DNA of 63,018 nucleotides, filler included, from Octopus bimaculoides (Eukaryota): NCBI RefSeq assembly GCF_001194135.2. It is 4 parts of 3 records of this genome, joined end to end, with 100 filler letters (N's around TTAATTAATTAA, not from the genome) between each part and the next. Parts side by side here need not be neighbours in the genome. Positions count along the whole stretch, not along the records: positions 1 to 21,015 come from NC_068981.1; positions 21,116 to 26,898 come from NC_068981.1; 2 more parts are not named here. One strand, 5' to 3'. Shown piece by piece: positions 12,238 to 26,054 of this stretch (position 1 is its first letter; each line of letters starts with the position of its first letter). The notes under the pieces were generated by a model. It saw only the letters and a program-made list of their open reading frames with translations, ran no database searches and was not told where the DNA came from. The position numbers and the translations under genes were made by a program.

Positions 12238-13039
12238 CTTTATTTATTTATTTATTTATTTATTATTTGCAGCTGCTTGGTCATTGACAAACTGATGGCC
12301 GAACCATCATACATGTCTGTCTGTTTGTATGTATGTATGCATGAATTTATGTTTTCTTTTTCTCGTTTAGAGTTCATTTTGACCGGCCACCTGCTTGGTA
12401 GCAAGGTTGTGTAGGAAGCATCTTGTTTTGTTCACCATCCTTTAAATCGTAAAGTCATGCCGAGTCTTATTGTCCCATACATCATTTATAGCGTTTGAAT
12501 TATATAGAATTATTTATGTGTTATATTGTGCGTATGTACATACAAGTACACATAAATTCACAAACATGCATACATACATGCATTCAAGCACATACACAAA
12601 CAAGCACGCACATGTACATTGAGGGCGGACCTGGTGATTGAAAGCAAAATAAAATATAAAAAGACAAACAAATATTAAATAGATATAAAACAAAATATTT
12701 TCAGAAAAATGGTTCAAAGTTCGGTTAGATTTGACGATAAGGTAACAGATAATTTAATAAAACAGCTATCAACTTCAGTTTCGTCCTCGATGAGGCCATG
12801 GAGACGGCTGCATGCATGGATCAGTTGGATCTCGTTCATATTAGTTTCAAATTTTGGCATAAGGCCAGCAATTTCGGTGTAGGGGGTAAGTCGATTACAT
12901 GGACCCCAGTGTTCAACTGAAAGGATGAAAGGCAAAGTCGACTTCGGCAGAATTTGAACTTAGAACGTAAAGACGAACGAAATACCGCAAAGTATTTTGT
13001 CCGGCAAGCTAACGATTCTGTCAGTTCGCCGCCTTACTG

Positions 13040-13990
13040 GATCTTGTTCATATTGTCCATCATGGTCTACGATGACAGTTTTCAAAGAGTCCTTGGTGTA
13101 GTAAAACCACTGGTTGGTCTCCTTGGCAACGCCTGGGGATTTCAAATCTGGAGAGTTAGGAGGCCATTTGTTAGGAGAGAATATGACCACGAAAGTACTT
13201 GGTTTGTCACTTCTGGGTCATGAGGGCCATACGTGAAGAGAGTAGGGCCTTGTTGGTATGCGTAGTACCTTCTCTGAGCCACTCCTTGATCAAGAATCTG
13301 ACTACAGTGTTCAGTACCTTGATGTAGGCGGTGGCCTTAGCCCTGAAGGCCTGTGAGAAGTGAAGCGGCATAACATGGCTTTCGTCACTCACAACACTCA
13401 GGACCATACAAACGACAGAAATTTGGTTCGCATTAATGTGGGTACCCCCAGAGGATACGTGTAGAGCCACCCGCCATTTCTTCTGTTCATTTTACGAACA
13501 TGAAGTGGCCACTTCTCATCCCGTTAGACTTGTAACTAATGTTCTCATGCACCACATGTTTGATAGTGGTCACCTTGAGCTGCACAGTGACCCTTATTGA
13601 CCCACTGGTGTTGTTGATAATGCTTTGGACATGCTTGACGAACTCGGCTATCTTGACGACCCCTGATAGCTGAGAATGTTTCTTTTGGCCACATATGACA
13701 CGTCCTCGCTAGTGTCGACCAACTCTTTCCTGACTCTGAACACGAAACATCTTGCCATGTTCAGGAAGCTGGCGACCTCCAAGTCACTGTGGTTAGCGGG
13801 CAGAGCCACGAGCACAGTATTACTTTTCTTTTCCTGCATCATACTAACCATCTGTTATGTTAAAACTGTTGTTACATCCGAAAGAGTAAATGAAACAACA
13901 AAAATTTGGTGCATGCTGTGTAACATTACATTAGGTCATCTTCCATTTATGGCTATCTAAAGTTGGAACAATTACAGTTCAGTGCTCTCC
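13040..13990 (-). mobile_element. Second maT/DD37D-like Tc1/mariner remnant (different subfamily)
   Basis: MQEKKSNTVLVALPANHSDLEVASFLNMARCFVFRVRKEL, MVLSVVSDESHVMPLHF and FSPNKWPPNSPDL. Confidence 0.8.
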
Positions 13991-14120
13991 ACTCCATGGG
14001 AGAGTGCTAAACTCTAATATGATCCCATAAGAAAAAAACTTACAGAATGGTCACAAATGGAACGCTTTTAGAAAAGAAGGGCATTCAGAACCCCCCACCA
14101 CCACAAAAAAACACACCGCA

Positions 14121-14272
14121 GGAGTGTGGTAAGTAGCTTGCTTACCAACCACATGGTTCCAGGTTCAGTCCCACTGCGTGGCACCTTGGGCAGGTGTCTT
14201 CTACTATAGCCTCGGGCCAACCAAAGCCTTGTGAGTGGATTTGGTAGACGGAAACTGAAAGAAGCCCGTTGT
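14121..14272 (+). mobile_element. Abundant tRNA-derived SINE family 2 (representative copy)
   Basis: GGAGTGTGGTAAGTAGCTTGCTTACCAACCACATGGTTCCAGGTTCAGTCCC...GTAGACGGAAACTGAAAGAAGCC. Other copies at about 430-585(-), 20100-20262(-), 31092-31250(+), 35460-35603(+) and 49196-49345(-). Confidence 0.8.
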
Positions 14273-15654
14273 ATATATGTAAATGTATATATATATATTT
14301 ACATATATATGTGTATGTGTGTGTGTATATATATNNNNNNNNNNNNNNNNNNNNNNNNNNNNNNNNNNNNNNNNNNNNNNNNNNNNNNNNNNNNNNNNNN
14401 NNNNNNNNNNNNNNNNNNNNNNNNNNNNNNNNNNNNNNNNNNNNNNNNNNNNNNNNNNNNNNNNNNNNNNNNNNNNNNNNNNNNNNNNNNNNNNNNNNNN
14501 NNNNNNNNNNNNNNNNNNNNNNNNNNNNNNNNNNNNNNNNNNNNNNNNNNNNNNNNNNNNNNNNNNNNNNNNNNNNNNNNNNNNNNNNNNNNNNNNNNNN
14601 NNNNNNNNNNNNNNNNNNNNNNNNNNNNNNNNNNNNNNNNNNNNNNNNNNNNNNNNNNNNNNNNNNNNNNNNNNNNNNNNNNNNNNNNNNNNNNNNNNNN
14701 NNNNNNNNNNNNNNNNNNNNNNNNNNNNNNNNNNNNNNNNNNNNNNNNNNNNNNNNNNNNNNNNNNNNNNNNNNNNNNNNNNNNNNNNNNNNNNNNNNNN
14801 NNNNNNNNNAAATCCTAACACTAACTCTAAGCTCAAACCTTAAACCCGTGTCTTTATTTCATCGTAGCATTTTCTTTTCAGTAATAATGCTGTTTTTTGT
14901 CTGCACAAAGAATTCAACCAATATATTTTCCATTTTGAAAATGTTTTGTTTCGGAACATTTCAGTATATCCGTTGTATGTATGTATGTATGTATGTATGT
15001 ATGTATGTATGTATGTATGTATGTATTTATGTATGTATGTATGTATGTATGTGTGTATGTATGTATGTATGTATGTATGTATGTATGTATGTATGTATAA
15101 GTGTGTGTATTTGTGCGTGTATTTGTGTATATAACTGTGCGTTTATGTGTGTGTGTATATATATGTATAATTACAGTTAACCACGCAAATACATTTGTGT
15201 ATATATATCTGTGTGTGTGTGTATATATATATATTTACATATATATGTGTATGTGTGTGTGTATGTGTTTACATATACAGAAACACATTAACACACACAT
15301 ATATATTATTGCCGTTGCCGGCTGCAAAAGCTGAGTTATTCAGAAAACCTTCCGGAAGCGTGTTATCGGGTTACCCATCTCATTCACTCACATATGATGT
15401 CCCCCACCCGGCACCAAGCACACACACATACACACACACACACAACAACAACACATACTCACCTACGACACTCTCTCACCCTTACAACATACGCTTACAT
15501 ATATATATACACACCCATAACTATAAGTATCCATAGACACACTAATACTTAGACTTCTCCAGCGGAATCATAAACCTAAAACACACAGAAGAGAGAGAAA
15601 GAGAGAGAGGGGGAGAGAGAGAGAGGCTCATTACTGTCACCACTTCTCTTTCGT

Positions 15655-15810
15655 CGCCTACATTACCATCCCACCTCGACATGAGTGGCACGTTCTGCAT
15701 ACTAATTACAAAATACGGGAAGGTCTTGCATACAATATATATAATGAATTAGAAAACTTCGTTTAACGGAGATTATCCAAGCGATTAGTCGACAAAATCT
15801 TCCTCAAGAA
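15655..15810 (+). mobile_element. Possible Penelope-like RT thumb remnant
   Basis: Frameshifted YHP...ELENF...NG(D)YPxRLVDKIF resembles the PLE HP...NGYP motif. Confidence 0.3.
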
Positions 15811-16899
15811 CCCGCTACTGTATTTATACTTAAACCACAGTTCGCGTTTATGCCACCCTCTCCAAACTATCAACTCCCCCCCCCCACACAACTACATACC
15901 CCTTTTCGAATAATTCCCCCTTCTCTCCACATTACTTTCTAACCATTTTTTGACACTACCCTCTTCCCCGCACGCACACACACACACACACACGCACACG
16001 CACACACACACACGCACACGCACACGCACACACACACGCACGCACGCACACAAGNNNNNNNNNNNNNNNNNNNNNNNNNNNNNNNNNNNNNNNNNNNNNN
16101 NNNNNNNNNNNNNNNNNNGTTTATGCCACCCTCTCCAAACTATCAACTCCCCCCCCCCACACAACTACATACCCCTTTTCGAATAATTCCCCCTTCTCTC
16201 CACATTACTTTCTAACCATTTTTTGACACTACCCTCTTCCCCGCACGCACACACACACACACACACGCACACGCACACACACACACGCACACGCACACGC
16301 ACACACACACGCACGCACGCACACAAGGCTACCCGCCCCAGCTTGCCTTCCCCTCCTTTACCCCTAAAAAAACGCTGTATTTTTCAACAGAGGGTAGAGC
16401 TGGGAGCATGTCGGGTCCCTCCCAGCCCCCTTCGTTTATATCCACTTCCTACTCAAGAGTCCCCTTTCCCTCTCATTCTCCCTCAGCAATCGCTGTAGTA
16501 CATCATACATATGGACCCCTTAGTCACCTTGCCTGCTAACATACACTCCCTCACCGCCCCAACTTCATTATGTCTTCCGCTACCACCATTTAGGTTCCCC
16601 TTGTTTTACCCTCGTCTTCTCCTCCTTTCCCTGGTTCTTTTTTGATTTTTCTCCTCTTCTACTTCAACTCTCTCTCTCTCTCACTTTCTCGCTTCCTCTC
16701 TACTAATTCTCACCCCCTACCTACCAACCGGTCTGTAACTTCCTATATAACTTATTGTCAAACCTTGTTTCTAGTTTATTTGTAGTATTAGTAGTAGTAG
16801 CAAAAGCCACGTGGAAAACTAAGCTTAAAAAAATACTAATATAAACGTCTATCGACAGGTTATTTTGACAACTTTGGTTATATATATTTATCTATATAC

Positions 16900-16925
16900 A
16901 TATACACACATATATCCCTACGAAG
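16900..16925 (+). other. Possible non-coding 5' exon end (for the secreted-protein gene?)
   Basis: Strong donor GAAG|gtgagt at 16926, with a TATA-like tract and a CCACGTGG E-box upstream. The start coordinate is a guess. Confidence 0.25.
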
Positions 16926-17719
16926 GTGAGTCCGGCCTTTTGGTTTTATTGTTGATATCAAGCATCGTATTCACTATTATGAAATTCAATTAATATAAAA
17001 CTATACGTTTTCTTTCCTAAATATTCTTGTTCTTTAGGTCAATATATACACACACACATATATATTTGTTACTTATGTGTAACTTACTTCCATCGTGTAT
17101 TTTGACAATTGTAAATGGGATGCTAGCGAGCAACCCTTTTTTCATTTTCTGTTTGCAGTTTGCTTTGTTACGTTTGTTATTGTCACTGCTATTGTTTTGT
17201 TTATGATAATCGCTGTTGCTCTCTTCTTGCTATTGTTACCAATGTTGTTATTCTTACATATATATAAAAATTTAAAACTGTTTGAGATATTTGAGCATTG
17301 AACGAACAAAATTCATAATTTGTTTTCTTTTATCTCAGTTCCTTACGTAAATCCTGTTGAAAGTGTTTGTGTGTGGGGAATCTACTTTATTTCTTCGTGA
17401 TCGATAAGAGAAGTTACCCATGACATAAAACGGTTGATTCAAGTGAATATATACCTCCACATTGTAATTCAATATTAATTATTAATTAGTATTGTATTAA
17501 AAAAAATATGAAAAAGGAAAGAGTTAATCATATTTAAAAATGTAATACATTGTTAATGTAATCTTATCATAATTGATAATTATAGTCAGAATTAAAATTA
17601 ATTTAGTTGCAGAACAAATGAAACTTGTAGGAAGTTTGACTACTTTCTCAAGAACCTTAGGGACATAAGTGAAGAAAGCTGCATTGTTCTCACAACGAAT
17701 CGAAAACAAATAACGGATT

Positions 17720-17965
17720 ATTTATTAGTCTGGCAGGGAGTTTGCCACCCTCTACGGGCACAGTCACCTATTTGAACCGACCCCATCAGTCAGTACACGT
17801 CTGCCTTGTTTAATCACAAAGCCTGCCAAAATTGTAGGGAAGGGGAATCAGACTGCGTGACGGTCATGCCTTTCTCAATGTCATTAGTAAGTCATGGGAA
17901 AGCGACTCGACTTCCGCAGGGAATCGAAACCTCAGCTCCGAAGGCGCTTACCTCTTCCTCTGATC
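17720..17965 (-). mobile_element. tRNA-derived SINE (distinct family)
   Basis: Minus-strand head AGAGGAAGAGGTAAGCG...GGTTTCGATTCCC resembles Pol III A and B boxes; no full cloverleaf. Confidence 0.4.
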
Positions 17966-19634
17966 TTGTACAAAACCACTTCTTTTTTGTTTAGCTCTAG
18001 ATAAACGCTAATGGAGCATACACTTACGTTTAAATGCTTTCCAATCGTGACCTTCCGGTAAAAACAAAACAAAACAGTGAAATGTACCTAAGACTACATT
18101 ATCCCGTGTCCTTTTTTAAAGATGGTAGGAAGTTTGGCTGTTGTTTCTAGCGCATGGAGTGATTAGGTAGAAGCTTCCTTTGTTGACTCTCACAAAACAG
18201 GTTCTGAAGGAAGGAGTAAAATGGTGTAATGGACCTCAGTACATTACTGCTATCAATATTATCAAACGCCTTTGTGTAGATTTCACGAGAGTTGACAAAT
18301 GAGGGGTTAAACATCCACATTTAGGGTAATTTAACCTCACAGTTGCTTAATGGAAACAACAGGGACTTCAGCAACGGGATCTAAAGTGAAAACATTGAAG
18401 TGCGCACGTGCGAGTGTGTGAGTATGTGTGCGTGTATATGTGTGTGTATGTATGTGTGTCTATGTGCATATATATGTTTCTGTATATACTGCGTGTGTAT
18501 ACGCGTATGTGTGTGTGCGCGCGTTTTTGTGCATGCTGCGAGCACGTACGTCTGCGTGCGTATATGTATGTATGCATGCGTGTGTTTGTATGTATTTATG
18601 TGTATGTGAGTGTAAATGTGTGCGCGTGAGTATATACATGTATGTATATGTTTGTGTATGTATATATATATATATATGTATATATATATNNNNNNNNNNN
18701 NNNNNNNNNNNNNNNNNNNNNNNNNNNNNNNNNNNNNNNNNNNNNNNNNNNNNNNNNNNNNNNNNNNNNNNNNNNNNNNNNNNNNNNNNNNNNNNNNNNN
18801 NNNNNNNNNNNNNNNNNNNNNNNNNNNNNNNNNNNNNNNNNNNNNNNNNNNNNNNNNNNNNNNNNNNNNNNNNNNNNNNNNNNNNNNNNNNNNNNNNNNN
18901 NNNNNNNNNNNNNNNNNNNNACACGCAAATTATATATATATATGCAGGATGCAAGATTCCTATATATATATGTATGTATGTGTGTGTGTGTGTGTGTTTA
19001 TAGCAAGTACATCATCAAATGTATGTTTTTATTTTTCACGTGAGTTTTTTTTTTGACAAACGTGTAGAGAGAGCCTGATATATTAACGTAGTTGTTTAAC
19101 TTTGAAGTCGACTCCGATCGAGCAAGACGTATGATCTAAAGCATTCCAACCGTGACCATCAGGTTTTTTTCTTGGGGGAATTCTTGTCATAGTGTAAATC
19201 TCAGAACTATGTGATCCTGTTAAGTCCTCTCTTAGTTGTTAAGACGGTACGTTGTGATCGGAGGAAAACTTGGCTACTATTTCTAGCAGGTCGACCGACC
19301 ACACAGTCTCCATTATTAACTTGTATGATGTTGACAGGGTGATCGAGTGATGTGTGTGTGTGCGTGTGTGTTCAGTAGTATATAAGCCTGACATCTGATA
19401 GTTTATACGCGTTTATGTTTATCTTAATCTTTTATCTTCTGCTTGTTTTAGTCATTGGACTGCGACTATGCTGGGGCACCGCACTGAAGGGTTTTAGTCG
19501 AACAAGTCTGCTACTTATCCTATTGGTTATTCTACCGAATTACTGGATTAAGTAAACGTAAACAAAGCAGTACTGATTGTCAAGCGCTGGTGGTGAAGAT
19601 ACAAACTTAAAATTCAGACGCGCGCACGCATACA

Positions 19635-20062
<428 letters not shown>

Positions 20063-20466
20063 TTAGCTAGCTAGCTAGCTAGATAGATAGATAGCTACAT
20101 ACATGCGTTGGGCTTCCACACAGTTTCCATCTACCAAATTCATTCGCAAGGCTCTGGTCGGCTCGGAGTTATAGAAAAGGATACTTGCATAAGGCGCCGC
20201 GCAGTCGGACTGAACCCGAAACCACATGGTTGTACAGCGAACTTCTTAACCACACAGCCATGCTTGTGGCTATGTGTTGTTTTTTTTTGCGTTTGTTAAT
20301 GTGTATTGGGAAATGATCTATAATGATATTTAGCAGAGTTCACTTCGTTGCAAGCATTTAAGTCAAGCATCAGGTTTAAGGATAACTTCTTCGCATCCTT
20401 CTGCCTGTCTTAGAAGGAGCCTGGACCCTTCCCTTACCACTTGACTAAAATAAAAGACGCACACAT

Positions 20467-20514
<48 letters not shown>

Positions 20515-20548
20515 ACACACACACTCACCATAGTACGTTATAGATTCA

Positions 20549-20675
20549 CAGGGTGTTCACAAGGTCTGGGTACATGGAGTAAATAAAATCATAACATAAA
20601 CAATTAAATGTAAGAAATAATAATTTCTTAAAGTATGTGTTAATCCCCATGTATCCAGACTTTGTGGACACCCTG
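20549..20675. mobile_element. 127-bp Tc1/mariner-type MITE
   Basis: Imperfect ~29-bp TIR CAGGGTGTTCACAAGGTCTGGGTACATGG / CCATGTATCCAGACTTTGTGGACACCCTG; TA at the right flank, CA at the left. Confidence 0.75.
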
Positions 20676-20978
20676 TACATAGTAATAATACATCACACGC
20701 ACGCACAATACGTAGACACTACATTTACACATGCACTACATGTGTAAATTAAACATGCTGCACAAAGTGCATCCATTCTACATACTCCAAAGTACTTATA
20801 TAGGCTCCTAGACCCCCTCGATTTAAGTGTGTATTCCAGGGCGGAGTAGACAAGTTCAAAGAAGCTATATCCTGTTACTTAGGATAAAGAACTTAGAAAT
20901 AAGTGTGAGAATGATAATCGTTAGTCCGACAAAATATACTCCTTGATTCGTGCAAAAAATATTTTGTCGGTCTAAAGG

Positions 20979-21015
<37 letters not shown>

Positions 21016-21117
21016 NNNNNNNNNNNNNNNNNNNNNNNNNNNNNNNNNNNNNNNNNNNNTTAATTAATTAANNNNNNNNNNNNNNNNNNNNNNNNNNNNN
21101 NNNNNNNNNNNNNNNAT

Positions 21118-21159
21118 ATGGAGTTCAGATATCCTGCTATCTTCTTTGTCATATGTTTT
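21118..21159 (+). CDS. Coding exon 1 of a predicted secreted Cys-rich protein (signal peptide start MEFRYPAIFFVICF)
   Basis: ATG at 21118 just after a gap; 14 mostly hydrophobic codons; canonical donor TTT|gtaagt at 21160; phase 0. Confidence 0.7.
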
Positions 21160-21489
21160 GTAAGTATTTATGAGCCCTTGTGGCAAAAAAATAACAGAAT
21201 TTTTGTTATTATTATTATTGTTGTTGTTGTTGTTGTCGTCGCCATCGTCGTCGTCATCATTATCATCATCAATATTTATTATTGTTGTTCTTAATATTGT
21301 TGTTATGACAGCTTATTCTGAAAAATAATTGGGATTACTGCTATTTTCTCTTAAAAAAAAAATAATATAAATAATTATAATTTGAAAATATGACAAAATT
21401 TCGCTGAAATTAATAATCATCGTCGGTATCAAATAATAAATGAATAAATATATAATAAGAACCAAACAACAACAACAACAACTACAGCA

Positions 21490-21492
<3 letters not shown>

Positions 21493-21543
<51 letters not shown>

Positions 21544-21592
21544 GTTACAGCAAAAATATAACATGAACAAGAACAAAATCAACAACTACAGC

Positions 21593-21641
<49 letters not shown>

Positions 21642-21766
21642 GGAATCATAAGGATGATGATGAGGAGGATGCGGGTGAGGAAGACGATTACGACGACGAT
21701 GTAATAGTAGTCATAGTAATGATTGTTTTGATAGTGTTAAAAGTGGGAAGAATAAATAGCAGCAGC

Positions 21767-21826
<60 letters not shown>
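21493..21826. repeat. (AAT)n and (TAG)n microsatellites in intron 1 of the secreted-protein gene
   Basis: Seen directly. Confidence 0.9.
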
Positions 21827-21828
<2 letters not shown>

Positions 21829-22085
21829 AAGAAGAAAGAGTTCATTATATTCCATTCTACTTTTTGTCGAAGAATAATTTTGAATTTAGTTTTGACATTT
21901 CGAAAGTCCTCAAAAAAAATACTCACAGCTCTACCCAACCGTGGCCCCGAGAGTTCTTCTCAAAACTTCCCGTTCCACTGATTTTCATACACGATACCCG
22001 ACTAATTAAGATTGATTAATAGCTTTCTTTCTTTACTTCTCTACTTCTTTTCCCTTCTTTTTCCTTTCTTTTCACTACTCTGCTT

Positions 22086-22128
<43 letters not shown>

Positions 22129-22309
22129 TTCAATCAGATTTTAATTACAAAGGAAACCAAAAGTTGTGACGTTAAATATTATTCTTGCAGTAGTTGTTCT
22201 TTGGTTTTAAATCACCCTTGTTCCATTACACTGTTGAATGAATGCGTTTAAGTTGTGGACATCCCTGTTTTATTCGGGTATATTATATCTAATTCTAGAT
22301 ATACCATCA

Positions 22310-22620
22310 GCGCAGCTTCCGCGAAACCATATACATAGGAAAAGCTCCCCTAGACGATCTTCCGTAGGGACAGATTCGATGGGGTCCATACTCTAGGGAT
22401 ATCCCTCACTGGCCCTTACCTTAAGAACATGATATGAAGGAATTATTGCTCTAGATACCACCAAAGCTTTCGACCAAATATGTATGCAAACCTGTTTTCG
22501 AAATTTCCTGTCTATAGGTTTCGTCCTATAGAGTTGTGGCAGAATTGTAGCGTCGGTTCTTATTATTCCCTTTATTATTCCCGGGTCCATTCTAATATGT
22601 AACTCTTGCAGTCGTCGAGG
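22310..22620 (+). mobile_element. Highly decayed non-LTR RT fragment (Jockey/CR1-like)
   Basis: Translation GIIALDTTKAFDQI resembles the RT motif xALDISKAFDxV. Confidence 0.35.
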
Positions 22621-24242
22621 TTCCATCTATGGATTAAATAAATTTCCCAGGGGTACTGGTGGCTTCCGTTGTTTTTGCAAAGCTGTAGGAAAAACAGCTC
22701 TTCATGGGAAAAGGTACCCTGGCATAAAACTTGCAGTCGAAATAGTACTAGTAATCTCATAATGATCGTTATTTGAACTTACTATGGTGACCGAGAGAGT
22801 AGCAGAAGTGTTGTACAAGATTTTATCACTTAAATCCGATGACGTACAAATGTCTCACTATCATTTAATTTCTCGTTCCGGTCTGTATTTCATAAAGTCC
22901 TATGGCGATGGATGTGTGGCTGAAAAGTCATAAGTGCGATCATGCAAGGATGAAAGTAAACCAGACCAATCAGGTTGAATATGAGACGATTCTCGTCTGA
23001 CAAGATGAGGCAATCATAATGTATGTATGTAAGTATGTATTTATGTATTGTAACAGTAAGGGTGATGGATCGCCGTCGTTCGGCAGTGAGGATTCAGTTG
23101 TTCGATCAACCTACATATAAATCGTTCAACACGTCAGAGACACGTGTACTGTTAACGCAATTCTCTGGCTGAATCAGCTAGACACGGTGAATGTGACAAG
23201 GCTGTACTATTTCGAAATACTGACTTACAGATACGAATCATCTGAAGTGCTTCTATATAATTTCCGTCTGTGCAGTTTTATTCACAGCGTATGGGTTGTT
23301 TCAAGACTATAGAAAAAGAATTTTTCCCCTGATAACATAGTGACATCAAACTAGTTACTATGTGGTTGTGAAGCGAACTTCGTTACCATTCGGCCATCCT
23401 AACATAGCAATCAATCAATCAATCAAGATATATATATATATATATATATATATANNNNNNNNNNNNNNNNNNNNNNNNNNNNNNNNNNNNNNNNNNNNNN
23501 NNNNNNNNNNNNNNNNNNNNNNNNNNNNNNNNNNNNNNNNNNNNNNNNNNNNNNNNNNNNNNNNNNNNNNNNNNNNNNNNNNNNNNNNNNNNNNNNAGAG
23601 AGAGAGAGAGAGAGAGAGAGAGATTCTGTCGATTTCGACATTAAAGAGTTAGACACCTAGTTCTTAGACTGCCCTCTCACATGATTTGCTTTCAGTGCTG
23701 CAATACACAGTTTGGAAATATTGGTTTCAAATTTTGACACAAGCCCATCAGTTTTAGAAAAAGGGTAAGTCGATTTTCAGCTGCTACTTATTGTATCGAC
23801 CCCGAAAGAATGAAAGGTACTATCAACCTCAGTGCATTTCGAATGCCACAAAACATTTTGGCAGTCGTGGTGATAATGATTCTGCCAGCTCTCTGCATTT
23901 CCAGTTTGTAAGAATGATGCAAAAAGAACATGTCTTCCATTATAACTTTCTTAATAAGCAGAAGATTGGTCAAAATTAGCTCTAAATTAAAATGAACAAA
24001 AGAAAACATACATACGTGCATACGGCAATATGTACCTGCATGTATATATGCGTATACATATAGCTAGATATATGCGTACATAAGTACATACATACATACA
24101 TGCATACATACATACATACATAGATACATACATACATACATACATACATACATACATACGTACTTACGTACGCAGAAAAGTATATTTAGAAACACAATCA
24201 AGCATACCTCCGCATATACATACATACATGCATACATACATG

Positions 24243-24274
<32 letters not shown>

Positions 24275-24758
24275 CATACATACACACATGCATGCATACA
24301 TACATACATACATATAGATATACATCTAGACATACATGCATACGTACATACGTACGCACGCACGCACACACACCTACTTACATACATACATATATGCATG
24401 TATAAATAGGTACATATATATATATCCAATTCACACAGAAACATATGACTACGTTGCTGGTTATCTTCAATTGCAAAAAATGGCTGTCAAATATTGAAAT
24501 GTTATTTCAATTGAAATCCAAGTTAATTAAAGAATTATAAGGTTTTAAATTATCAATTTAGAACCGAAAGCAATCCAATGAAAAGTTACAAATTATTTTG
24601 CTTTTTTTTTCCTTTCCTTATTTTCGTCAGTATATATATATTTTTATATAATTATAGTTAATTTTATTTTTACATGAGAATTGCGGTTTTTTTTTATTAT
24701 TATTTTGTTAGTCAGATGAGAAGATAGCAATGGTGATAACCTTTGCTATTTCTCACAG

Positions 24759-24803
24759 ATTGGTGATATTCATACTGGTGGTGTTCTATTTGACTATCGA
24801 GCT
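24759..24803 (+). CDS. Coding exon 2 of secreted Cys-rich protein (IGDIHTGGVLFDYRA)
   Basis: Acceptor ctttgctatttctcacag, donor GCT|gtaaga; 45 nt, phase 0/0; completes the signal peptide begun in exon 1. Confidence 0.65.
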
Positions 24804-25092
24804 GTAAGATGACATCTGCAGGAAGCGCTTTGATGATGATGATTATAACGAACTAACGCTGGAGCCTTTACGTGGTCGACCTCCTGGAAATAACAGCTAA
24901 ATCTGTCCCGCATCAAAACGCGACGTTCTTATACGAAACGGTTAGATTAATTCGGGAAATTGAAATTCTACAGAGATGCATAAAGGCAGTGTTGGTTACA
25001 GTTAGAAAAAAATTCGGATCAGAATGTAAATCTTTGACGGAATAAAAACTTGAAGTCGTCGATGTTGTCTTAACCACCGCCACCACCATTTT

Positions 25093-25138
<46 letters not shown>

Positions 25139-25490
25139 CCACCACCACCACCACCACCNNNNNNNNNNNNNNNNNNNNNNNNNNNNNNNNNNNNNNNNNN
25201 NNNNNNNNNNNNNNNNNNNNNNNNNNNNNNNNNNNNNNNNNNNNNNNNNNNNNNNNNNNNNNNNNNNNCACCACCACGACCTCGACCATCACGACCTCAA
25301 CCTCAACCACGACGACCACAGCGACGTCGACCACCACCCTCCTCTTCCTCCTCCTCCTCCCTTTCCTCCTCCTCCTCCTCCTCCTCCTCATCATCATCAT
25401 CACTTTCCATTACCATCATCATCATATTCCTCCCATGCACACACACCTGTATGAATAAGTTGAATGGTGATTGATGATGGTACATTTCAG

Positions 25491-25546
25491 ATGAAATCTT
25501 GCAGCAATTACATTTTTGTTTTTAAAAGCATACTCAGGATCAAATG
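25491..25546 (+). CDS. Coding exon 3 of secreted Cys-rich protein (MKSCSNYIFVFKSILRIK)
   Basis: Acceptor tacatttcag, donor TG|gtaagt; 56 nt, phase 0/2. An alternative acceptor at 25529 would change the downstream frame. Confidence 0.6.
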
Positions 25547-25710
25547 GTAAGTGCAACATCTAGTAGATGTTACACAGGAAAGGTAACAAGAAGAAACGAA
25601 AGCAGTGTGTTGAGTGGAGTATGGTGCAAAGCTGTTTCATATGCTCTGAATTTTGGGTGGCAAACCACTGCTCTGTTCAACACCGCCAACAGATTTTCGT
25701 GTACATTTAG

Positions 25711-25761
25711 CGAGGTCTACTCTACAGCAAAACATTTGAATCAAACACTCGGGAACGGCGA
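25711..25761 (+). CDS. Coding exon 4 of secreted Cys-rich protein (C-EVYSTAKHLNQTLGNG)
   Basis: Acceptor gtacatttag, donor GA|gtaaga; 51 nt, phase 2/2; contains an NQT sequon. Confidence 0.65.
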
Positions 25762-25820
25762 GTAAGAACCCCTCTTCTTACGTATCTTTATTTTCTTTCC
25801 AACTGACATTAACCTTTCAG

Positions 25821-25895
25821 ATGCATCAATTTCTCCAATATGGCAAATGGTGGATGTAAAAGAGAGGGAGAGGGGAGCTGTTGCTATTCACTTGA
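25821..25895 (+). CDS. Coding exon 5 of secreted Cys-rich protein (E-CINFSNMANGGCKREGEGSCCYSL)
   Basis: The preceding 59-nt intron has a ctgac branch point and an aacctttcag acceptor; donor GA|gtaaat at 25896. If that donor is unused, the ORF stops at TAA 25897-25899. Contains an NFS sequon. Confidence 0.65.
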
Positions 25896-26054
25896 GTAAA
25901 TTGTGTGTACTGTGCTCTCCTCTAAATGCGTGGCTTTGTGCCAATCTAATTCCACCCAAGTTCTAAGTCCAAATCCTGTGAAGATGATTTCGATAATCAT
26001 TCTTTCCAGATCAAATCCTTTTGCATAGCGTCTAGTCAAATGTTTTACTTCTAG

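Noticed and set aside
14946-15180. Met/Tyr/Cys-rich ORFs (MYVCMYVC...; also 24064-24444) superficially like reflectins or metallothioneins
   Set aside because: They are translations of (TATG)n microsatellites and lack the reflectin repeat motif.
15846-16327. Near-identical direct repeats flanking gaps (15846-16054/16119-16327; 19560-19762/19773 onward; 48508-48576/48724-48792)
   Set aside because: The copies abut N gaps and are essentially identical, so they are most likely unmerged contig overlaps or haplotypes.
21060-21071. TTAATTAATTAA islands (also 26943-26954 and 34283-34294)
   Set aside because: Each sits between exactly 44 N on both sides (100 bp total) and gives stops in all six frames. 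It is an artificial scaffolding spacer, not biology.
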